Shown piece by piece: positions 54,018 through 62,469 of a stretch of DNA of 64,000 nucleotides. Below the pieces are notes generated by a model, which was given only the letters and a program-made list of their open reading frames with translations, made no database searches and was not told the DNA's origin. The stretch covers positions 1-64,000 of the IMG/VR virus record IMGVR_UViG_3300036762_000065, one strand, 5' to 3'. This DNA is from a virus. Its lineage: Duplodnaviria; Caudoviricetes. Numbering within the stretch: the first letter of the stretch is position 1; each line of letters begins with the position of its first letter. Made by a program: the position numbers and the translations under genes.

Positions 54018-54338
54018 ATGAGTAATGAAAATCGTGTTGATGTGCAGTATTTAAAAGAAACTACAATAATTGAGCCTTATCCTCAAACGCTACTACGTAC
54101 TGTTGATGGTATTATATGTGTAACCAACACCGAACATTCTGTCCGCATCTATATAAATACAAGCCAAAATATAAATGATGCGGAATTGCTTGTAGAGGTA
54201 TTACAGAATAGAGTAGTTGCAACTCGTATCAACGGATTTGTTTCAACCTGTACTATTTACGAACAAGGTACACATGTTTGTGTTGAGTATGGCGAGGAGC
54301 AAACTTGTATTTTAGTACCTACAAATTACTGGAAATAA
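54018..54338 (+). CDS. Hypothetical protein
   Basis: 106 aa with GGAG SD. Confidence 0.7.
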   Translation: MSNENRVDVQYLKETTIIEPYPQTLLRTVDGIICVTNTEHSVRIYINTSQNINDAELLVEVLQNRVVATRINGFVSTCTIYEQGTHVCVEYGEEQTCILVPTNYWK

Positions 54339-54342
54339 AACA

Positions 54343-55020
54343 ATGACTGTAAAAATTAAAAATAAAATTGTAAGTCAGAGAGTGGTGGTCGAGGAAGATC
54401 AAGCGCCGTCTAATGTTGTCGAATTTAATCCTATTGTCATGCACGAAGGAATAGTACGTCCTGATTTACTTCTCGGCACAACGTATAAGATTAAACCTCC
54501 TGAGCACATATCTCCTCATGCTATGTATGTTACAATAAATGATATGTTGTTGAATGAAGGTACGGATCACGAGAGGCTTGTTCCGTATGAGATTTTCATA
54601 AACAGTAAAGCCATGAATCACTTTCAATGGATTATAGCCCTCACTCGCGTTATAAGTTCCGTGTTTCGTAAAGGTGGTGACGTTACGTTCTTGATAGGTG
54701 AGCTAGGTTCTGTGTATGATCCTAATGGAGGGTATATGAAAAAAGGCGGTATCTTGATGCCTTCGCTCGTAGCAGAACTCGGAGGCGTTATTAAAAAGCA
54801 CATGAAACGTTTAGGGCTTGTCGAAGATGAGGAACTTAGCGAACACACTAAGAAAATTCTTGCTGAAAAGCGCGCCGCTTTCGATAAGCAAAATGCTAAC
54901 GCTACAGATAGTGATTATCCTGCCAACGCAACCGTGTGTAACAAGTGTAACGTTAAAGCAATGATACGCATGGACAATTGCGATACTTGCTTAGAGTGCG
55001 GAAACAGTAAGTGTGGCTAG
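54343..55020 (+). CDS. NrdJb-like / TSCPD-domain ribonucleotide reductase C-terminal subunit
   Basis: GTTYKIK, YVTIND, PYEIFINSK, ALTRVISSVFRKGG, PSLVAE; terminal CNKC...CLECGNSKCG. Confidence 0.85.
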   Translation: MTVKIKNKIVSQRVVVEEDQAPSNVVEFNPIVMHEGIVRPDLLLGTTYKIKPPEHISPHAMYVTINDMLLNEGTDHERLVPYEIFINSKAMNHFQWIIALTRVISSVFRKGGDVTFLIGELGSVYDPNGGYMKKGGILMPSLVAELGGVIKKHMKRLGLVEDEELSEHTKKILAEKRAAFDKQNANATDSDYPANATVCNKCNVKAMIRMDNCDTCLECGNSKCG

Positions 55021-55056
55021 TAAACAAACATACCTTGTGCTTCCACGGAGCCTAGA

Positions 55057-56097
55057 ATGTACGACGACAGTACTATTATACTAAGGGATAAGATATATAT
55101 TCCTGCTCTTACACTGGACGAATCTCTGGTAGAGAAGAAATATATCCATTATATTTATGACCATAAGACTTGCGCCAGATGTGAGAACAAACCGGAGAGA
55201 CATAATTATATTTGCGATCAATGTCCAGCGTTTAAAGGACGTGTATCTACGTGCAATAGGGTCGTCAAAAACGATGTTGATTATGTGGGTGTGCCGATAG
55301 GTGATAGGCTTATTGTCGAAAAGAAACTCGGTATAGATTTAGATGACTATACTGTGGTTGATAAGAGGGTTAAGGCAAAGTTTAGATATCCTGTAAAGAT
55401 GGTTAAGTCGTTTAAGCTTAGAGACTATCAAGAGAAAGCTGTTAATGAGTGGTGGGAGTATAAACACGGTCTTATAGTAGCACCTCCTAGAAGCGGTAAG
55501 ACACCAACTATGCTTGCCATGGCAGTTGAATTAGGATATAGAACTATACTGCTTGCACACCAGCATGATTTCTTAACTCAATTCATAGATCACATAGAAC
55601 AGTATACGAACTTGCCTGCATTGTCTGAGAAAGCCGGTAAGAAGTTGTACGGCTTTCCTAAAAAACTAAGTGACTTCGATGATTTTGAAATATGCGTGTG
55701 TACGTACCAGCAATTCATTACAGAAAATACAGGAGTTAAGAGGTTTAAAGCAGCTAGTCCGAACTTCGGTACCCTTCTTGTTGATGAGTGTTTTGTTTAT
55801 GATACTTTGGTCGTTGTAGACTTTGAAGGTCGGACTGAAAAAATTGGAGATATTGTAGAGCATGGCGTTGCTAACGAGGTAGTTAGTTATAACCACGAAT
55901 CCGAGTCGTTTGAACTAAAGCCTATAGAAAGTTGTACGAAGAAAGAGGCTGAAGAATTATACGATGTTGAATATGAAGGCGGCTCTTTTCGATGTACTGG
56001 CAATCACGAGTTTTGGTGTGTTAATAGAAATTCGTATGTGGCTGTAAAAGACTTGTCTGAGGACGACGAGCTTTTATTAGGGCCGCGCGAGGAATAA
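55057..56097 (+). CDS. SF2 (UvsW/XPB-like) helicase N-terminal half fused to N-intein
   Basis: LRDYQ, APPRSGKT, LLVDE|CFVYDT; intein block B CTGNHEF. Confidence 0.9.
   Translation: MYDDSTIILRDKIYIPALTLDESLVEKKYIHYIYDHKTCARCENKPERHNYICDQCPAFKGRVSTCNRVVKNDVDYVGVPIGDRLIVEKKLGIDLDDYTVVDKRVKAKFRYPVKMVKSFKLRDYQEKAVNEWWEYKHGLIVAPPRSGKTPTMLAMAVELGYRTILLAHQHDFLTQFIDHIEQYTNLPALSEKAGKKLYGFPKKLSDFDDFEICVCTYQQFITENTGVKRFKAASPNFGTLLVDECFVYDTLVVVDFEGRTEKIGDIVEHGVANEVVSYNHESESFELKPIESCTKKEAEELYDVEYEGGSFRCTGNHEFWCVNRNSYVAVKDLSEDDELLLGPREE
55789..56094 (+). mobile_element. Split intein N-fragment (102 aa)
   Basis: Starts CFVYDTLV after DE; TGNH block B; acidic end DLSEDDELL, then stop. Confidence 0.9.
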
Positions 56098-56103
56098 ATT
56101 AAA

Positions 56104-57699
56104 ATGCAAGCTCACGTTAAACATTTGGCTAATAACATTACACCTATTGTATTAGAACCGGGTCAAACATGGAAAAATAAATCTACTATATATTCATACA
56201 GATGTACAAAACATAATAGTGTCGGACTCGTTGCAGGTAGACGTGCGTTACGCACAGGGACGAAAGCATTTTGTGAAGACTGCGTATTTGAAGATCGTCC
56301 TAAACATACTAAGTGGTTGAATAGGTTGAGAGCAGGACTAGACACTAAAGGAAAAAAGTCTGGAAAATATATATGTACGGAACACCTTATTGAAAATGTA
56401 AAACCTGTTAAACATATTTATCAATACGGAACATTAACGTTCTGCCGCGAGTGTGAAGAAGAGAATATAGAGAATATTGTAAATCGTAAATTAGAAGCGC
56501 ACACTGATAGGGTACTTAATAAATACCCGCACATTAAAGTAAAACGTAACCAAAAGTTTGATGGCCGTAATAGCATTATATATAAATGCACCACTCATGG
56601 AATTGTAGGTTATGCTAAGCCTAATTACGCATTAACTCATGGTTCGTATTCGTTTTGTTCAGCATGTAAAGAAGAATACTCTAACAGACCTGATAAACCT
56701 ACTAGAAAGAAAAGAAAGAAAGTAAGCATACCGGACTTGCATAATGTTATTTTGAAAAGGGAAAAGTTGGATGAAACCGACTTAGAGCGCATTAGGTTAT
56801 GTGCCAACAAAAACTGTCTTTGTATTAGATACCAATTTCTAAACAATTTAGCAAGGCTTTCGAAGAAAACGACTAAACGTTTTATGTTGTTCGAAGCTAA
56901 ACATAATTACGGAATTAAAAAGACTATTGCATTAGCCTTAGGTGAGTTAGATTTTAAGTATTGCGAAGTATGTAAATCTGACATAACAAATAAAAAGAAG
57001 TCTTTGTTATTCTGTAGCCGTCATTGCGCACACAATTCAAAACAGATAAAAGATAAAAAGAAACAGACCACTTTTAGTAGATATGGTGTATTATGTCCTA
57101 CTAAAAACCCTGTTATATATAAAAAGATGATAGAAAATAATATTCGTAAATACGGAGTAGAGAATCCAGCACATTTAGACTCTGTTCGAGACAAGGCTAG
57201 GAAAACTAATATGGAACGTTATGGCGTTCCTAATCAGATGCAGAACGCAAATGTGTTTGAAAAAATGCAGAGAACTAGCTACGCTAGAAAACGCATTACT
57301 ATTAAAGGCATTGATTTTGACGTACAAGGTTACGAAGGATTTGCTATAAAAGGTATTGTATGTGCTGGCGTTGATCCAAAAGATATTTTATGCGGTGTAA
57401 GTGACGTGCCTCATATACAATACAAACGTAAAGGTATATATAGAGTGTATTTTCCGGATCTTTTTTTACCAAAAACTAATCATTTGGTTGAAGTAAAATC
57501 AACACATACGTTCGGACTATCAGAGTCATCTTACGCAAAAAATTGGTTTGTTACAACAAAACAAAAAGCAAAAGCTGCAATATCGTGTGGATACAAGTTT
57601 TCACTTGTACTTTTACGTGCTGATGGTACTAGAATAAAGTTACCTAAAGATTGGTATAAAATGAAACATGCTCGTATTATTTCTCTAGGACTATCTTAA
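56104..57699 (+). CDS. Free-standing putative homing endonuclease (Zn-binding repeats + YG repeats + PD-(D/E)XK domain)
   Basis: Three CxxH...FCxxC units; RYGV/KYGV repeats; YFPDLF...VEVKS; sits between the two intein halves. Confidence 0.78.
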   Translation: MQAHVKHLANNITPIVLEPGQTWKNKSTIYSYRCTKHNSVGLVAGRRALRTGTKAFCEDCVFEDRPKHTKWLNRLRAGLDTKGKKSGKYICTEHLIENVKPVKHIYQYGTLTFCRECEEENIENIVNRKLEAHTDRVLNKYPHIKVKRNQKFDGRNSIIYKCTTHGIVGYAKPNYALTHGSYSFCSACKEEYSNRPDKPTRKKRKKVSIPDLHNVILKREKLDETDLERIRLCANKNCLCIRYQFLNNLARLSKKTTKRFMLFEAKHNYGIKKTIALALGELDFKYCEVCKSDITNKKKSLLFCSRHCAHNSKQIKDKKKQTTFSRYGVLCPTKNPVIYKKMIENNIRKYGVENPAHLDSVRDKARKTNMERYGVPNQMQNANVFEKMQRTSYARKRITIKGIDFDVQGYEGFAIKGIVCAGVDPKDILCGVSDVPHIQYKRKGIYRVYFPDLFLPKTNHLVEVKSTHTFGLSESSYAKNWFVTTKQKAKAAISCGYKFSLVLLRADGTRIKLPKDWYKMKHARIISLGLS

Positions 57700-57700
57700 T

Positions 57701-57835
57701 ATGAATACAGTCAAAGTAAAATCAATAAAACGGGTGCAACTTGAGCAAGGGCATCCTGTATACGATATAGGCGTATCAGACAATCATAACTATCTAGTTT
57801 CATCCGATGGTGAGTGTTCCGTACTAACACATAAT
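57701..57835 (+). mobile_element. Split intein C-fragment (45 aa)
   Basis: Blocks F and G ending HN, followed by +1 Cys. Confidence 0.9.
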
Positions 57836-58831
57836 TGCCATAAAGCGAATAGTAATACTTTCGCACAAGTTGTTTCTAAGTGGCCTTCTCGTATTAAGCT
57901 AGGCGTTACTGCCACAGAAAAAAGAAAAGATCAACGCGAGTTCTTGATAAAAGAGTTGGTCGGACCTGTTGTGTCTAGGGTTGAAATACCACAGTTGCAG
58001 GCTAGAGTCATATTACATGATATGGATTATGTTAAACCAAAATCTGCTTATAAAGGACCTGCTGGTTTTGTCTATGCTACTAAGTTTTTGTCTAAGCACG
58101 AAAAACGCAATAACACCATCTTAGAGTATGTGCTTAAAGATATTGCCAAAGGTCATTGTATTATAATACCTACACACTTTAGGGAGCATGTATCGTTTCT
58201 TGTTGCTGCAATAAACGAATTAGCAGGACATAAAATAGCAGAAGAATTTGTAGGCGGTTCTGGTAAGAAGAATAAAGAGCATAGAGAAGGCGTTTTAGAA
58301 CGTGCTAAATCAAGGAAGACTCGTGTTGTTGTAGGAATAAGAAGCTTGTTGCAGCTAGGACTAAACGTCCCTGCATGGAGTGCATTGTATTATATAATGC
58401 CGATGTCAAACGAGCCCAACTGGAAGCAAGAGTCTAGTCGTATACTAACACCTGACGACAGCGGCCTAAAGCGAACTCCTATAATTAGGATGTTTGTCGA
58501 TAAGCACATGGGGCTTTCGTTAGGGTGCTGGTCTAACACATACAAACAAAGCTTGAAGTTTAAACATGTGCCTACAGAAGGTGCTCGCAAACTAGCTCAC
58601 GACTTCTTTGAAATACAAGGAAGCAATACTAGAGGTAGCTACAACGAAAGCGATCCTTACGCAGAGTCTTCTAGTCCTGTACGTGCTAAAAAAGCAAAAC
58701 ATAATGCAGACGATCCTTATTCAGGAGAAGCCGTAGCTACAATGAAACACGGTAAGACACCTCGTGAACGTCACAAGTCTTTAAAAGACAGAGCGAGTAA
58801 AAATGCACCTTCCGGTTTATTTAATAGGTGA
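57701..58831 (+). CDS. C-intein fused to SF2 helicase C-terminal half
   Basis: MNTVKVKSIKR...VYDIGV..NHNY...THN|CH; TAT motif III, LGLNVP, QESSRILT. Confidence 0.9.
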   Translation: MNTVKVKSIKRVQLEQGHPVYDIGVSDNHNYLVSSDGECSVLTHNCHKANSNTFAQVVSKWPSRIKLGVTATEKRKDQREFLIKELVGPVVSRVEIPQLQARVILHDMDYVKPKSAYKGPAGFVYATKFLSKHEKRNNTILEYVLKDIAKGHCIIIPTHFREHVSFLVAAINELAGHKIAEEFVGGSGKKNKEHREGVLERAKSRKTRVVVGIRSLLQLGLNVPAWSALYYIMPMSNEPNWKQESSRILTPDDSGLKRTPIIRMFVDKHMGLSLGCWSNTYKQSLKFKHVPTEGARKLAHDFFEIQGSNTRGSYNESDPYAESSSPVRAKKAKHNADDPYSGEAVATMKHGKTPRERHKSLKDRASKNAPSGLFNR

Positions 58832-58848
58832 ACTCTAGGAGAGTATAC

Positions 58849-59445
58849 ATGTCCAGTTACATATTAAACATAATAGGTTCTGATGACGATCTTCAATTGT
58901 CTGTACCTATAAAAACACCTTCTAATGTCGCAGAGTGGTTGTACACTATAAAGCAAGATATGGAAGTTGATGTACATCTTTCTGTGACAAAGAACAACGT
59001 TAAGGGTATATCGTTTAGTGAACTTATATCTTTCTTTGTGTCTTGGAGTGACTCCTACGTAAAACATTCAGAAACAAATAAAAAGTTTGAAATTCAAATA
59101 GTCAACTCCGATACGAACCAAGTACGTATGATTGCGGAATCAATGTGTGTGTCTTTTGACAAGTCAGAGAAGCTTGTATCCTTGTATTTAACTAGCTGTA
59201 AGTTGGGCGCAAATGCTAATGTCGTATACCTCGACGGAAGCGAGTATTTATCTGTACCTACTTTGCTAGAAGAGGCTTCAGAGGCAACGGCAGTCATTAT
59301 AATAATGCAAGAACGTAGCGGTCGAATCACCCATTCTGTTTCTGAAGGTTGGAAAAAAGAAACATTGACATATGCGTTTAGGAAGACTAACCGGCATATT
59401 GAAGATACTTTGTTTGACAATGACCTGTACGATTTTGAGGATTAA
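58849..59445 (+). CDS. Hypothetical protein
   Basis: ATG 58849 with AGGAG SD. Confidence 0.75.
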   Translation: MSSYILNIIGSDDDLQLSVPIKTPSNVAEWLYTIKQDMEVDVHLSVTKNNVKGISFSELISFFVSWSDSYVKHSETNKKFEIQIVNSDTNQVRMIAESMCVSFDKSEKLVSLYLTSCKLGANANVVYLDGSEYLSVPTLLEEASEATAVIIIMQERSGRITHSVSEGWKKETLTYAFRKTNRHIEDTLFDNDLYDFED

Positions 59446-59447
59446 GC

Positions 59448-59912
59448 GTGAAGTACTTACATGTGACACTCGGCTTAGAAGATTCGGAAAAGATAGACTA
59501 CGATGCTGCTTTAAAGTTTTTCGTAGATCAAGGCCTTACTGTAACATCAAAAAGAAACTCTATAACGTGTTGCTTGGTGTTTATCATAGAGTTACAGGAT
59601 AAGAAAATACAAAAATTATTCACTAATGTCGATCTAATGTTGGTAGACAGTGAAACACAAAGCATGGTGTCCTATAAATTAGACCCTGCTGTAGAACTGC
59701 ATGACTTGCCTACGAAATTTCCAAAACAGAAATCTTTATCTAATTTCTGTAAGAATGATGAATACGGTACCCACTCTAATTTTGAATATAATTCAGGAAT
59801 AGACGCTACGGTAACTTTAAACTTACCGGACGGTCCTTTAGACGTACCTTTAAACGACTTCGTTATACTAATTGCAAGTAAGATTAGAGACTTAGAAAAC
59901 GGTATAGTGTAA
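59448..59912 (+). CDS. Hypothetical protein
   Basis: GTG start with GAGG SD. Confidence 0.7.
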   Translation: MKYLHVTLGLEDSEKIDYDAALKFFVDQGLTVTSKRNSITCCLVFIIELQDKKIQKLFTNVDLMLVDSETQSMVSYKLDPAVELHDLPTKFPKQKSLSNFCKNDEYGTHSNFEYNSGIDATVTLNLPDGPLDVPLNDFVILIASKIRDLENGIV

Positions 59913-59915
59913 ATA
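59908..59915 (+). promoter_or_regulatory. TGTAAATA motif
   Basis: Recurrent motif, 31 nt before ATG 59947. Confidence 0.55.
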
Positions 59916-59946
59916 TATAATAACATTAAGAATAAGGTTTACTACA

Positions 59947-60603
59947 ATGACCGACTCAAAAATTAGATTGGATTTTCAGTTCGACACAAAGCGCCAAGCT
60001 ATATTAAAATCCAGAGGTGTTGACGGTAATTTGTTTGCTAATACCAGAAATAAGTTTGAGTTTGAAGAAGCTGTTTGTAGAATGAAGCCTGAGATTCGCA
60101 ATGTAATGAACAGAGGCATACCTGTTAAACGTCAAATACGACAGTTGAATAGTATGTTGGAACATCCTCTTAGAAGTAATGTTGTTGTCGGTATTGGAAG
60201 TTTCCCCAGTGACAACAGGGCTAAGATAATAGCTTTAAATATAATGAATCGTGCAGTAGACATGCAAATTGCTAACACTAAATCTAGCAGAAAAAACAAA
60301 CGTCTAGCAGGCAAGAACTATCCTTTGTGGCATAAGGTGTTTGGCGGATTCGGAGATGAATTGCGAGACAACGGTAAGTTCGACAATCCTAGTATGTTGA
60401 TCATATCAAACATAGGTATAGATTCCACACCTATGAAAGTGGAAAAAGTTAGGGATATATTAGAAAAGTACACCGCAGTGCCAAGAATAGTAATCGTAAA
60501 TGGATGTTGTCCGATGAAATTTTTTGCAACTAAATTATTTTTACCCATGAACTATGGGTTTTATGTAGGGTCAGACAATAAAACAACCGTTTTAGAGTTC
60601 TGA
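59947..60603 (+). CDS. Hypothetical protein (possibly a degenerate P-loop fold)
   Basis: 218 aa; alpha/beta pattern without an intact Walker A. Confidence 0.7.
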   Translation: MTDSKIRLDFQFDTKRQAILKSRGVDGNLFANTRNKFEFEEAVCRMKPEIRNVMNRGIPVKRQIRQLNSMLEHPLRSNVVVGIGSFPSDNRAKIIALNIMNRAVDMQIANTKSSRKNKRLAGKNYPLWHKVFGGFGDELRDNGKFDNPSMLIISNIGIDSTPMKVEKVRDILEKYTAVPRIVIVNGCCPMKFFATKLFLPMNYGFYVGSDNKTTVLEF

Positions 60604-60618
60604 TCTACGGAGGTTATC

Positions 60619-61146
60619 GTGATTTATGAAACAATATCTTATTTCTTATTTACTGATGTTATAAATTCAAACTACAAAGAAGAGCCTGCAAGATTAAACA
60701 ATGATATTTATTGCAGTATCTTCCAACCGATGTTTTCTACTATTGTTCGTAAATATTTAGACGATAAAATTTGTTACATACCCACGTACAACCAATATCA
60801 AACAGATAAGATTTTAAAGGCATTAAAGCGAGGCGTAGGTTACTCAGGGTTTTCTACAAAACATATTGTTACTATAGACGAACACTATAGAAAGACAGGA
60901 GGCCCTTTGATAATAGTAGGAGAGGCGTCAAGGACAAAAGAATTAACACTCAAGGTAGACTGGAGTTTTTTGTATCCAATGCTATCCCATCCTGAACTAC
61001 AAACACTGTTACATATTTCAAACAGTGTTTGTTTTCCTGTACCTTGTAATACTATACCTTGGTACAACACATACATGAATTGGTTTTTAGCAGAACTTGA
61101 TAGGAGCACACAACATGATTATTTTAAAACAATCTCGCAGTATTAA
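60619..61146 (+). CDS. Hypothetical protein
   Basis: GTG start with GGAGG SD. Confidence 0.7.
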   Translation: MIYETISYFLFTDVINSNYKEEPARLNNDIYCSIFQPMFSTIVRKYLDDKICYIPTYNQYQTDKILKALKRGVGYSGFSTKHIVTIDEHYRKTGGPLIIVGEASRTKELTLKVDWSFLYPMLSHPELQTLLHISNSVCFPVPCNTIPWYNTYMNWFLAELDRSTQHDYFKTISQY

Positions 61147-61363
61147 CGAGTGGCATAAGGTCTTTGCTTGGAAGCCTGTACGTATATCGAGAGTCGAACT
61201 TGTGGACGGAACTAAGGTCGAGTCCTCGGAGTTTGTTTTTCTATGCAATGTTGAACGTAGAACCACCTACACATCTGGTGTACGTCAAGGTGTTGAGTAC
61301 AGGCATTGCGTTAAACTTAAACAAGAGCTTGGTAATGTTGTGTCTAGTAAGGTACCAGAATGA
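61115..61363 (+). CDS. Hypothetical protein
   Basis: ATG 61115 with AGGAG SD; WHKVFAWKPV motif common in small phage proteins. Confidence 0.65.
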   Translation: MIILKQSRSINEWHKVFAWKPVRISRVELVDGTKVESSEFVFLCNVERRTTYTSGVRQGVEYRHCVKLKQELGNVVSSKVPE

Positions 61364-61647
61364 GTATTATGAACAACACTATGGATATGTTTGATTCTAT
61401 GTTTGCACAAAAGCGTATCTATACTGAAGTCTTTTTCTTAAACAAGCGAATAGAAGGTAATAATTACGTATTAACCTTACCTTCTATTTTAAACAAAAGC
61501 ATAACTGTGTCTGTTTCTATTTCTATGTGCTGTGAAACCCGTGTTAAGGAAGGCTTTGTAGAAATAGAGCAATGTCACTATGTTGAGGCATTACAGTTGA
61601 CTAAACTTAAAGGATATCTCGATGAACCAGTTGTGTCTGATTGTTGA
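61360..61647 (+). CDS. Hypothetical protein
   Basis: ATGA overlap with the previous gene. Confidence 0.65.
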   Translation: MSIMNNTMDMFDSMFAQKRIYTEVFFLNKRIEGNNYVLTLPSILNKSITVSVSISMCCETRVKEGFVEIEQCHYVEALQLTKLKGYLDEPVVSDC

Positions 61648-62383
61648 AGAGCCTTCGTTAGTAGATAGTTCGGTATTGCTCAAGATAGAAGAATACCGAA
61701 CTATGTTGGTACAAATGAATTCACTCTTAGATCATTTAACGGAATCTTTAGCTACAGTAGATTCCCTATATAGACTAAAGCATACTAAACTTATTTCAAC
61801 CATGTCGGAGTTGATAGCGCAATTAAATTTAATTGACTACGCCAACGCAGTGACTCCAGAACATGCCGAGCCTGAAAGAAAGTTAACAGAGGAAGAAGTT
61901 AATTCCGGTATAAGCCTACTTAAAAAACGTCTAAAGAAACAAGCTGTTAAAACTTACAGGCGCATATGCAACCTAACACACCCGGATAAGACAAAGCGAA
62001 AGTCCTTTTCTCAAGAGGACTTTAATGTACTTACAGGATTGTATCACGAGGCACAAAAAGCGTATGCGTCTCTGGATTTAATTACACTTAGGTTTATATT
62101 AGGCAAAGTTGCGGAAACCTACGGAACCTGCGTCACTAAGCTTGTGGAAGCTTACGACAGTGTAGAGGATTCCCTTGATTTAGAAACAGAACTTAACTTA
62201 ATACAAGATAAAGTTAAGGAAACGGATTCTAAAATACGAGACTGTTATGGCAGTGGATTATATACTGTCTTGCGTATGCATGTTTCCAATAACTCTTTAG
62301 GCGCATCTTCCGTTTATAGAACAATGCTAGAAAGTAAGATTGCCCAATTAAAGCAACAAATAAAATTATCCCTTTCTAAATAA
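61622..62383 (+). CDS. J-domain (DnaJ-like) co-chaperone protein
   Basis: KTYRRICNLTHPDK (HPD motif)...EAQKAY, flanked by coiled coils. Confidence 0.8.
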   Translation: MNQLCLIVEEPSLVDSSVLLKIEEYRTMLVQMNSLLDHLTESLATVDSLYRLKHTKLISTMSELIAQLNLIDYANAVTPEHAEPERKLTEEEVNSGISLLKKRLKKQAVKTYRRICNLTHPDKTKRKSFSQEDFNVLTGLYHEAQKAYASLDLITLRFILGKVAETYGTCVTKLVEAYDSVEDSLDLETELNLIQDKVKETDSKIRDCYGSGLYTVLRMHVSNNSLGASSVYRTMLESKIAQLKQQIKLSLSK

Positions 62384-62469
62384 GCGCGAGCATAACTTAA
62401 TAATTTAAGAGTGGAAGTAGTTGTTTCGATAACTACTAAATAAGAAACTCTTTCTTTCGAGGTTAAGTT

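Noticed and set aside
56098-57700. Group I intron or frameshifted pseudogene interrupting the helicase
   Set aside because: Only 6 and 1 nt flank the nuclease ORF, leaving no room for ribozyme structure, and both helicase halves carry intact complementary intein blocks.
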